Part shown: piece by piece, positions 49,618 to 60,100 of the stretch
Numbering within the stretch: position 1 is the first letter of the stretch
Layout of the letters: each line of letters opens with the position of its first letter
From: Stegostoma tigrinum
Taxonomy: Eukaryota
Reading direction: 5' to 3'
NCBI RefSeq assembly: GCF_030684315.1
Contig: NC_081356.1
Coordinates: 26,561,197 to 26,625,196 of the forward strand
DNA: 64,000 nt
The notes under the pieces: model-generated
Seen by the model: only the letters and a program-made list of their open reading frames with translations
What the model was told of the DNA's origin: nothing
Databases searched by the model: none
Position numbers and translations under genes: made by a program

Positions 49618-52600
49618 TCATACCGTGGTCTTTCCCCACCTCGTCTTGGCGGCGGCTGCCCCAAGCTTTAGTGCGTCCCTCAGCACATAGTCCTGGATCT
49701 TGGAGTGTGCCAGTCTGCAACACTCGGTCGGGGTCAGTTCTTTCAGCTGGCAGACCAGCAAGTTGCGGGCAGACCAAAGAGCGTCTTTCACTGCATAGAT
49801 GGTCCTCCAGGCGCAGTTGATGTTGGTCTCGGTGTGCGTCCCGGGAAACAGCCTGTAGAGCACGGAGCTGTTCGGGACGAACCTCGACAAATACCACTGC
49901 ATCCCCCTCCAGACCTCCTGCGCATAGGCACACTCCAGAAGGAGGTGATCGACAGTCTCGTCCGCCCTGCAGCCGCCTCGAGGGCAGCATGCGGTGGTGC
50001 AAAGATTCCGGGGATGCATAAAGGATCTCACTGGCAGAGCCCCTCTCACTGCCAGCCAAGCAATGTCCTTGTGCTTGTTTGAAAGCTCTGGCGATGAGGC
50101 ATTCTGCCAAACGACTTTGGCAGTCTGCATGGGGAACCACACGACAGGATCCACCCTCTCCTTTTCCCGAAGGGTCTCAAGGATAGTACGTGCAGACCAC
50201 TGCCTGACAGCCTTGTGGTCAAAGGTGTTTCCCTTCAAAAATTTCTCCACGAGGGACAGGTGGTACGGGACGGTCCAACTACTCAGAGCATTCCGCAACA
50301 ACGAGGCCAGGCCCATCCTTCGCAACACCGGGGACAGGTAGAACCTCAGTAAGTAGTGACACTTGGCGCACAGCCTGATGCAGCCGCACACAAAGGTAGC
50401 TGTCAGGGCGAGGGTGGCGTTCGGTGTGCTCTTTTCCCCATTTTCCAGGTCTTTGTACAATGTGTCCCAGCGGACCCGGTCCATCCTCAACCCCCAAATG
50501 AAGTGGAAGATGGCCAGGTGACCGCAGCGGCGCAGGTCCAGGGAATAGGCCAGGCCTGCACCACATACAACAGTACCGAAAGCCCCTCTCACCTGACAAC
50601 CAGGTTCTTACCCGCGATGGAGAGGGATCGGAGCGTCCACCTGCCCAGCTTCTGCTTCAGTTTGGTGATACGCTCCTCCCAAGTCTTAGTGCACGCCCCA
50701 GCTCCACCAAACCAAACACCCAGCACCTTCGGGTAGTCTGTCCTGACGGTGAAGGGGATGAAGGAGCGGCCGTCCTAGTTCCCGAAGAACATGGCCTCCC
50801 TCTTACCCCTATTGACTTTGGCACCCAAGGCCAGTTCAAATTGGCCGCAGATGTCCAACAGCCTACTCACCGACCGCCGATCGGTGCAGAAGACGGCGAC
50901 ATCGTCCATGTACAGGGGAGGTCTTGACTTGAAGGCCTCCACTGTCTGGGATAGTCACGCCCTTCAGGCTCACATCCTTCCTGATGGATGCGGTGAAGGG
51001 CTCCACACAACACACGAACAAGGCAGGACAGAGCAGGCAGCCCTGCCTGACTACAGATCTGGCGGGAAAACTGTCCAATTCCCACCCGTTGATCGAGAGT
51101 GCGCTAACGATATTGGTGTGGAGCAGCCGGATCCAATTGCGGATGCCCGCCCCAAACCCCAATTTGGAGAGGACGTCCCTCATGCAAGCATGAGAGACCC
51201 TGTCGAAGGCCTTCTCCTGGTCCAGGCTGACGAGGCAGGTGTCCATGTGCCTGTCCTGCACGTAGGCGATCGTATCCCTGTTGACTGTGAGGCTCTCAGT
51301 GATCTTCCTGCCCGGCACAGCACAGGTTTTGTCAGGGTGAATCACCGACTCCAGGACAGACCTGACCTGGTTGGCTAGGACCTTGGCCAGGATTTTGTAG
51401 TCCACGTTCAATATTGAAATGGGATGCCAATTCTTAATTTCTTCCCTCTCCCCCTTCCTCTTGTAAATGAGGGTGATGATGCCCTTCCTCATGGACTTGC
51501 ACATTTCCCCTGCCCGAGGCGCACTATCGTACACCTCCAGCAGGTCCTGGCTGACCAGGTCCCACAAAGCAGAATACAGCTCGACTGGTAAGCCGTCGCT
51601 CCCAGGAGTCTTATTCCTCTCCAAGGACTTGAGGGCTCTGGTCAGCTTGTCCAGGGATATCGGCAGGTCCAGCCATTCCCTCGTGTCGTCATCTAAGACC
51701 TCAATGATAGACGACAGGGACGACTTGGAGGCCGTGCTGTCCCTGGGCTTCGCGTCATACAGTCCGGCATAGAAGGATCTGCTGATCCTCAAAACGTCGG
51801 GCCGAGATGACGTCACCGAGCCGTCACCCTCCTTCAGCCGGCTAAGCGCAGAGCTCTCTTTGTGCACCTTCTGAAAGAAGAAACGCGAGCACGTCTCGTC
51901 CTGCTCTACGGAGCGGACCCTGGACCAGAAGATTATCCTGGAGGCCTCCGCGGCGAAGAGCAAGGCTTGCTGGCCCCTCACCTCACAGAGGTCCTCTGTG
52001 ACATGGACTCCCATCAATACATGAAGGAGCAGGTTCTGCACCCTTTTCTGGAGTCGTGACAGCTTTCCCCGCCTCTCTCTCTCCTTCCGAACACCCTGGA
52101 GGACAAAGAACCTCTTGATGTTCTCCATCACCGTCTCCCACCAGTCGCCCGGAGACCCAAAGAGGGGTTTCACGGTTCTCCAACCAGCGTACTCCCTCTT
52201 AAGCTCCTCGACGTTCTCTGGGGTCAACACAGTCGTATTGAGCTTCCACGTCCCCTTGCCGGCCGGCTGGTCGTCCTGTAAGTGACAGTCAGCCAGCAGG
52301 AGGCAGTGGTCAGAGAAGAACACCGGCTGTACGCTGCTGGACCTGACCGAGAATGCCCGTGACACAAACAGGAAGTCTATCCTTGAGCGAAAAGACCCGT
52401 CTGGCCGCGACCAGGTGTATCTCCGCTGCGTTCCGTCTGCAGGGGTGCTGAAGACGTCGAGCAGCTTGGCATCCTTCACCGTGCCCATCAGGAATCTGGA
52501 CATGACGTCCAGTTGACTCCCCCCACCCGCTGTCCCCACGCCAGATCTTCCATCTGCATCGATGATGCAGTTGAAGTCTCCACCTAGGATGACCGTCCTG

Positions 52601-53011
52601 GACGTAGCTAGCAGGGTGGAAGCCGCTGCAGGACGGCCAACCGCTCACTCCGTACCGCTGGGACGTACATGTTGATCAGCCTCAGGGGAGCGTTCCTGTT
52701 GGTGACGTCAGCCACTAGGAGGCGCCCCCCCCAACCACCTCCTGAACTTGAGAGATGGTGAAGTTACGCCCCCGCAGCAGAATAGCCAGGCCCGAGGAGC
52801 GACAGTCGTTACCCCCCCCCCCCCCCGACCAGATCGAAGGCCCACAGGTCCAGGCACCAGACCAATTACTGTACCTGCCAAGGTGCGGTATCCCGCACTC
52901 CTGCAGAAACAGGAGGTCCGCCCTGACGGTGGTCACGTAGGCCAACGTGGACACACATCTTCCGGTGGACTTGACACTGCGCACATTAATGCTCGTAACT
53001 CGTACCCCCAT
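49618..53011 (-). pseudogene. Tx1 ORF2: APE endonuclease + reverse transcriptase + C-terminal zinc finger, several frameshifts/stops
   Basis: MGVRVTSINVRS, FLQE, SRIDF, FSDH, GTWKLN, PGSDGLP, PISILNVDYKI, LDQEKAFDRV, VRQG, LYMDD (~50900), CPRGGC...ETVDHLLLEC. Confidence 0.93.
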
Positions 53012-54457
53012 TGTGGGCAGTGACCGCAGTACCCTCCCCAAGTCCAAGGTCCAGCCCCTCCATCTGTCCCTTCATGCCCATTGCCGGGGCTAACTGCTGG
53101 ACGCTCTCTGGGCTCAGGAAACCGTCCGTGCTGCCTTCTGGGTGGCATCCCCCCATCGGGGGTACGGAGGCAGGAGAGTCTGGCTCTGGGTCAGGCTGGG
53201 GACGTGCTGTTTCCTCCTTCCCACCTGGAAGTTCCGGGGGGCCCTCCAGGGCCCCAGCGGCACGTGGCTGGGTGTCGGAGGGAGCCTCAGGATGCCTCCC
53301 GTCACCTGGAAGCGGGGTGCTGCTTTCCTTCTCCCTTGAGATCTTTAGCTTCTGCTTTGGGCGGGCCTCCTCCAAATCTCCCTCGTCAGAGGAGCTCTTA
53401 TAGCCCCCCTGTAGCTGCCTCTTCCCACCTGATGGTTGCGGTGCCTGGGCCTGCCGGCGTGCCTTCCTCCTCGCTTTCCGGACCGTCGTCCACTCCCCTG
53501 GGTCACCTGTCGCCGCCTCCATCAACTCCGGGTTGTCGGGGGAGGGGGGGGGAGTGGAGCCTGCAGGGGCGCTTTGCTGGCCTTGGGTGCATCCTGAGGG
53601 GCTGGGCCCTCCTGCACGACCTGGCCCTCCTGCACATTAGTGGGGTCCTTGCAGGGCCCTGGTGCCTTCCTCTCCTCCGGGAGGGCTGGCCCTGCATTGC
53701 CCCTGCCGGTGACCTGGGCGTAGGTGGTCCCCCGCTGTGGGCATGCCCTATAGAGGTGGCCCGCTTCCCCGCAAAGGTTGCAGCTTTTCTCTTGTGGACA
53801 ATTCTTTGCAAGGTGTCCCTCCTCCCTGCAGTTCCTGCAGATGGTGGCTTTGCAGTCGGCCGCCACATGACCTGACCTACCACAGGCTTGGCAGACTTTA
53901 GGTTGCCCTGCATAGGTCAGATAGCCCTTGCTCCTGCCGATCGCGAAGCTGGACGGTGGGTGTACGACATTCCCGTCCGCACCGATCCTCAGCGTCACCT
54001 TGACCTGCCTCTTACTGGTCGAGATGCCAAAGGGGTCCATGATGTCAGTTAGGTCCCCTTCCACCTTCACGTACCTTCCAAGGAAGGTCAGGACATCAAC
54101 TGCTGGCACACGCGGGTTGTACATGTGTACAGTCACCATACGGCTCCTCTGTGCTGGCATCACAAACAGCGGGACAGCAGTCAACACAGAGAGGGGGCCC
54201 TCCCCTCCTTTCTCCTTGAAAACCTCCAGGAAGCGCTCGCAAAGCTTGGCACTCCTGAAGGTCACATCGTAAAAACCTCCTCCGGGGAAATCCTGCAGGC
54301 AGTAAATGTCCGCAGCAGCGAACCCGCAACAGTCCAACAGGACCCTCTTCACGAAGAAGGTGCGGTCCGCAGGTGCACCTTCATCCACCTTCTTTGCGGA
54401 AACACGGATGGTGTTCCGGACCCCCTGACCTGAGGCACGAGCACTTGCCGCAGCCAT
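52986..54457 (-). pseudogene. Tx1 ORF1, gag-like protein with three CCHC zinc knuckles (ZCCHC3-like); frameshift in the C-run near 53540
   Basis: MAAASARASG... with CQACGRSGHVAADC, CRNCREEGHLAKNC and CNLCGEAGHLYRAC. Continues in the 52986-53525 frame. Confidence 0.9.
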
Positions 54458-54657
54458 CGTTGCAGGTTGGCTGCTCCCCTGAATCAGCGTTAGGCCGAAG
54501 CCAGCATTAAGATCCACCGGTTGCAAGGGTGCACAGCCAACCCGACGTCTTCCTTTCAGCTCCAACACAGCGCTCTCCTCCTCTCGGTCCGCAAGAGAGT
54601 GGGTCTTTATTTTGTTCCGGATGTAAGCTGGTTCACTGAGCTTGAAGGTTTGTTCCC

Positions 54658-54698
54658 AGATGTTTCGTCACCTTTCTAGGTAACATCAACAGTGAGCC
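54658..54698 (-). ncRNA. hammerhead ribozyme motif spanning the PLE/Tx1 5' junction (mutated)
   Basis: GGCTCA CTGTTGA T GTTACC-TAGAAA-GGTGAC GAAAC ATC TGGG: 6-bp stem II and GAAA box intact. The CUGAUGA box carries an A>U change. Confidence 0.7.
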
Positions 54699-56752
54699 TC
54701 CGACAAAGCACTGGTGTTATGTCCCGCTTTCTATTTATTTGTTTAGGTTTCCTTGGGTTGGTGATGTCGTTTCCTGTGTTGGTGATGTCATTTCCTGTTC
54801 TTTTTCTCAGAGGATGGTAGATTGATTTGGAGCCAATGTGTTTGTTGATGGAGTTCCGGTTGGAATGCCATGCTTCTAGGAATTCTCGTGTGTGTCTCTG
54901 TTTGGCTTGTCCTAGGATGGATGTGTTATCCCAATCAAAGTGGTGTCCTTCCTCATCTGTATGTAAGGATACGAGTGATAGTGGGTCATGTCTTTTTGTG
55001 GCTAGTTGATGTTCATGTATCCTGGTGGCTAGCTTTCAGCCTGTTTGTCCAATGTAGTGTGTGTCACAATTCTTGCAAGGTATTTTGTAAATGACGTTCG
55101 TTTTGCTTGTTGTCTGTATAGGGTCTTTTATGATTGCTGAATGCTGCAATAATATTTTAAGACAGGATGCCTAAGTCTGATCCAATAAGTTAGTTTTCAA
55201 AAGTCCCTAAAAGGAAAAGTGGGAGCTTTAGGGAGGGCAAAGTAGTAGTTTTAGGCAGTGAATGCCAGAGCTTAGCATTGATCCAGTTGAATGTGTGATT
55301 GTCAATGTTAGGGATACAAAAAGCAAGAATGCAAAAATATCCAAATTTATGTAAGACCTGGCAATTAGTCCTCATGATTGTCAATTTCTTACATTATTTT
55401 ACTGGTATTTTGATTCAGGAAAAGTAGAATCCTGAATCAATTTGAATTATATGACTGAATAAAGAACAGTAGACTGCAGATGAAAGAGTTGGGCAGGTGG
55501 CAGCACAGATAGGAGAGTTGGCAAGTAGACATGTGTCTCAAGGAGTGAAACAGCCCATTCTAAAGTTGGGACACAGGTTTTATTGGCTCTGACAAGAAAT
55601 TATGCCAAATCATGACACGATGTATGTGCACAGGTCCTGTTGTATGAGCAGTGCTAAAGTGGAGTGTTGCTAAATTAGGCAACTTAAAATGAAGAGTTAC
55701 TCTAGGTACCATTAGTTTTGACACCCTTACCAAAGGAAACTGTTTCTACATCTACTTGATGAAATTATTTTAAGCTCTTTGATCAGACTGCCCCTCAATC
55801 TGTACATTCACAGGAATGCAAGACATAGGAATGCAACCCATTCTCATAACTTTCATAACATTCTCATAATCATTTCGGCCTGAGTATCATTTTAGTGAAT
55901 GTAATTTCCAGAATGAAACATCACTGTGCTCCTGTGATGTGGTGCTCTTAACTATATGCAATATTCTTGCTGGAATCTAACCAAGGTTCTCTACAGTTGA
56001 AGTGTAGTTTATTCCCCCTCGTATTCAGGCCACTTGCTTGTTGTGATCAATGTTAATGATTCGGACTTAAGTGTAGAGGGTATGATCAAGACATTCAAGG
56101 TGACATGAAAATTAGTGAGGTGGTAAACAGTGACGGAGATAGCCATGAACTGCAGAAGGATATCCACAGACTGGTCAGCTGGGCAGAGCAGTGTCAAATG
56201 TTGTTCAACCTAGCAAAGTGTGAGGGAGTACTCTGAGGAAGGAATAACAAGGCAAGGGACTGCACTATAAAATGATAGGATCTTGGAGAGTAATGAAGTT
56301 CATTGGGACTTGGCATGCATGTCCATAGATTCCTGAAAGTGGCAGGACAGGTGATGAGTTGATTAAGAAGACCTGTGGGATTTTTGCCTTTATTAGCCAC
56401 AGCATAGAATACTAGAACAGAAATAATGAGAGAACTGTATAAAATGCTGGTTAAAATAGAGTACTGTGTGCAATCCTAGTGACCAAATAATGAGAAGGAA
56501 TGTGATTGCTCTAGAGAGCGTGTGGAGGAGATTTACCCGGAACGTCAGCCTTCCTGCTCCTCTGATGCTGCATGGCCTGCTGTGTTTATCCAGCTTCACA
56601 CTGTGTTATCTCAGCATCTGCAGTTCCTACTATCTCTCAAAAATTTAATTCATTTAGAGGTATTTTGCTCCATTCAAAGGCCTACTGTAGCCATACAACA
56701 GACATCATGTCTGAACAATCTTGCCCAATGTATAATAATGGTGACATTTTAC

Positions 56753-57085
56753 ATAGAACATAGAACAGTACAGCACAGAACAGGCCCTTCAGCCCACGAT
56801 GTTGTGCTGACCATTGATCCTCATGTATGCACCCTCAAATTTCTGTGACCATATGCATGTCTAGCCGTCTCTTAAATGTCCCCAATGACCTTGCTTCCAC
56901 AACTGCTGCTGGCAACGCATTCCATGCTCTCACAACTCTCTGTGTAAAGAACCCGCCTCTGACATCCCCTCTATACTTTCCTCCAACCGGCTTAAAACTA
57001 TGACCCCTCGTGTTAGCCTTTTCTGCCCTGGGAAATAGTCTCTGGCTATCAACTCTATCTATGCCTCTCATTATCTTGTATACCT
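56753..57085 (-). mobile_element. young CR1 3' end (same subfamily as 9611-11363)
   Basis: Nearly identical to ~9616-9947; encodes MRGIDRVDSQRLFPRAE; ATGTTCT tail. Confidence 0.93.
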
Positions 57086-57094
57086 ACAACAAGC

Positions 57095-57165
57095 TGCGTG
57101 GGCCGGGAATTGAACCCGGGCCTTGCGCCTAGCAGGCGAGAACTCTACCACTGAACCACCAATGC
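57095..57165 (-). pseudogene. tRNA-Gly(GCC)-derived pseudogene
   Basis: GCATTGGTGGTTCAGTGGTAGAGTTCTCGCCTGCTAGGCGCAAGGCCCGGGTTCAATTCCCGGCCCACGCA, 71 nt, 8 differences from the recalled vertebrate tRNA-Gly(GCC). Anticodon GCT; mismatches in the acceptor and anticodon stems. Confidence 0.88.
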
Positions 57166-60100
57166 CAGAAGCTGTGGTTTTAAAAGTGGAATTTAAAACT
57201 GAATCAAATACAAAGAACCCATTGACAAATAAAAGATTTTTGTCATGCCATGTTTCCCGCCACTGACCTTGAACTAATTTGATTACTTAATGACTCTTTA
57301 ATGTGATCATCAGTTTTATTTCATATTCTCGTTTTAGTAAATTGTAAATAGTATTAAGTGCTATAACACCTGATGCAGGTTAAATGTCAGGAATTAGACC
57401 TATGAACATGATGCCATCTTGTGCAGTAGATGCTGATTTATTGAACTCATCCAGGAAGAGATGAAGCTCTTCCTGGTTGGGGCAGAGATCACCTTTCACC
57501 TTCACTGTTTGCCTGAATTTATCTCAGTAGCAAATGTATTCCAATAACAATATACAGCTTTTCACCCATGTTCTGCTTCTGGTTTATTTGCATTGACATA
57601 AGGGGCTAACATTTGTACTCTGCCAACATTTACATGTGTAGTGTGAACTAACCAGGTATTATCTGCTGAGATTATAATTAAAACTTTTAAATGGAAATAA
57701 TCTGAATCTGAGTCTTGAAGATTGAAAGTAATGGAGCTGTGAGTATTTTCTTTGGCAGCTTGTTTCATTGTGGAATTCATTGGAAAGGATGACTGTTGAT
57801 ACACTGTTTTGGAAACAAATGGTATTTGTAGTTTGTGTGGATAGCAACCTTATTTTGTTTTTTATTGCCGGAGGGTATGAAACACTTGACTCTGTCAAAT
57901 CCCAGAGTGCATTTCATACTTTGTAGAACATACGATTCTCTTTCCATATCTTTGATCCAGGCTACAATACCGTTATAAATCCCATACTGGCTGTGCAGAA
58001 TCATGTTGTAATTTTTTTAATCAATTCATTCTTCTGTCTGTTGCCATATAAGGATTTCACAATTTCATTATGCTGGATCAGTTGTACCAAGTGTTTGTTA
58101 CAGTATAACTCTAATATTTTTATTGTAGTAGCAATAATTCCTTTTTAGAAACTGAAGAAACTGTTCACTAGGCTGTTACAACAGTGCAGTACCAAAGGGA
58201 CACTGTACTGCCAGAGGTGTCATCATTTAGATGAGAAATGGTTGCAATCTCAAAAGTTCCTTCAAGTGGTCATGAAAAGATTGCATAACACTATTTCAAA
58301 GTGGAACAGTCGTGTACTCCAGTTGATTATTTATCCATCAAACATCATCATTAAAATGGATTATATCGTCGTTCCCATTTATGGGACTTTATTGAGTGCA
58401 AATTGACTTCTGTTTTTCCTACAACGCAACAGTGTTCAATGAAGTTCAGTTTGTAATATCTGTGAACACATGAAAATAACTCTAAAAACAAAATCTGAAA
58501 TTGAAGTGTCAAATTCAGGGAGTGTCATTGGAGGTTTTATCTCCATAAACTCAAGCACAATTGTCTAATGCAATTTTGTGCTGCTTACCTAATTAAATAT
58601 GCTTCACACCTCCACAATGCCAATCTCCTATCATCCGGCAGAAATGCCTCCTGCTGCTGGGACCTTCTGGGTTTTCTGACACCAGTGCATTAGTTGAAAT
58701 ACTGCAAGCCATTTATTAATTTATACTGTTAAAGTGTATGAAGAATTACTCAATGGACGGTCAAGAGAGTGGTAGAGGAGGGGGTGTGGAGGTAATCTGT
58801 GGAATTCTTTACGACTGTGAGTTATCAAGACAGAGTCACTGAGTAAATGCAAAACAGTATAGATTTTTTTTAATCACTAAGGAAATCAAGCGTGATGGGG
58901 TAAAGCAGGAGTGGGGAGTTGAGCATTATTCGATCAGCCATGATCTCATTGAATGGCAGAGCAGATTTGATGGGTCATATAGCCTTCTGCTCCTATGTTT
59001 TAGAATTTTAAAAGGTTCACAAATAAAATTTTGTGATTACAAATGCTTTTAGCCAGTACTGTGTAAGTGCCTGAGCATTACAATTGCCCATTGAAGGGCT
59101 TCACATCACTCACAAATAGACCTCTCCTTCAGGCAATTAAAAAGTACAGTCCATCCACCCCAAAGTAGTGGCAATCATTTTTTATTTCCATTGTGCATTT
59201 GTGATTTGGTTGAGGATAAAGGTAGCACTTCAAGAAAATGATTTGCAGGTTCAGCCTGTCAATCTTGGTGACTCTCCAAATGTTGATGTTCCTTTTTGCC
59301 TAACACTCCATGCCAACCCTATCAGCTTTGAGCCTCCTCATCTCTCAATCCAAACCTTATATTTGATTTTTCATATCTTCACTGTACACTGGAGCCCCAG
59401 GCCTAACATCATTTGCCAAACATCATTATGGCAGTGCCCCTCCTAAGGCAGTGACAGTCAATGACCCCATTTTGTGTTTTCACGCCATCACTGTCATTCT
59501 TGCACGTTCTTGGCCTTTTTACAGTTGTTGTCCTCTCTGCATCCTGGCATGCAGTCTCCAATTCATATTCTAATGTTCCCCAGTACCCTCAGATAAGAGT
59601 GGAAACTGTGATTGATAACTGATTGAACCCCTGACTCATTGATGCAGCTCCCCGGCTGACTTAATATGAAGCGCTAGACTGTTTGCGGTGGACCTGACCA
59701 TAGACAAACTGACCAGACCGTAACATAACAGATCCCAACTCTGAATGCTCCAAGTATGTCCACACCCCTGAACTGATATTAGATGTTGCCATTACTGACA
59801 GTGACATCAGCCCCCGACTGATGACAGTTGCCTTTGACATTACTAAAGATTTAAGCTTTGAGATATGGCCATTTGGTTGAAGCACGTTGTGTTTTTGTCA
59901 TGTAAGCTGCTGGCACATGGTGCAGGTGTGAAATTGAAATAACACATCCTGGTGCAGCAACATTTCTCCCTTTAACTGATTGTGGCTGGAGAACATGACA
60001 AGCTGTGTGGTTTTGTGTCTGCTTGAAGTAGAGGCAAGAAAGAAGTACTGTGGGTCTACAAGTTCTCAAAGAGTTGCAAATGTGCAAAAAGACAAGGGAA

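Larger units (their letters stand above)
49348..54671 (-). mobile_element. full-length Tx1-clade non-LTR retrotransposon (disabled copy)
   Basis: 5'UTR, ORF1, overlapping ORF2, 3'UTR ending AATAAAGTATATTTTTTTCAAATAAAAAAA. Markedly GC/CpG-richer than the flanks. Confidence 0.95.
49296..55135 (-). mobile_element. 5'-truncated Penelope/Poseidon-type PLE (GIY-YIG end + pLTR; segments 54672-55135 and 49296-49347), split by the Tx1 insertion
   Basis: Minus strand ~55130-54800 translates KDPIQTTSKTNVIYKIPCKNCDTHYIGQTG*KLATRIHEHQLA...HFDWDNTSILG...REFLEAWHS...SIN (GIY-YIG). Perfect 11-bp TSD GCTGAATGCTG at 49285-49295 and 55136-55146. Confidence 0.9.

Noticed and set aside
49383-54433. Many plus-strand and alternate-frame ORFs of 100-260 aa
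   Set aside because: Expected from the GC-rich Tx1 element; no recognisable domains.
49295-54671. Reading the 53-nt flanking repeats as LTRs or as one ordinary TSD
   Set aside because: The element has APE-RT and a poly(A) tail (non-LTR), and 11/53 mismatches are inconsistent with a duplication younger than the host PLE's perfect TSD.
57095-57165. Functional tRNA-Ser(GCT) arising by anticodon shift
   Set aside because: The body is tRNA-Gly with no long variable arm, and the acceptor and anticodon stems have mismatches; treated as a pseudogene.
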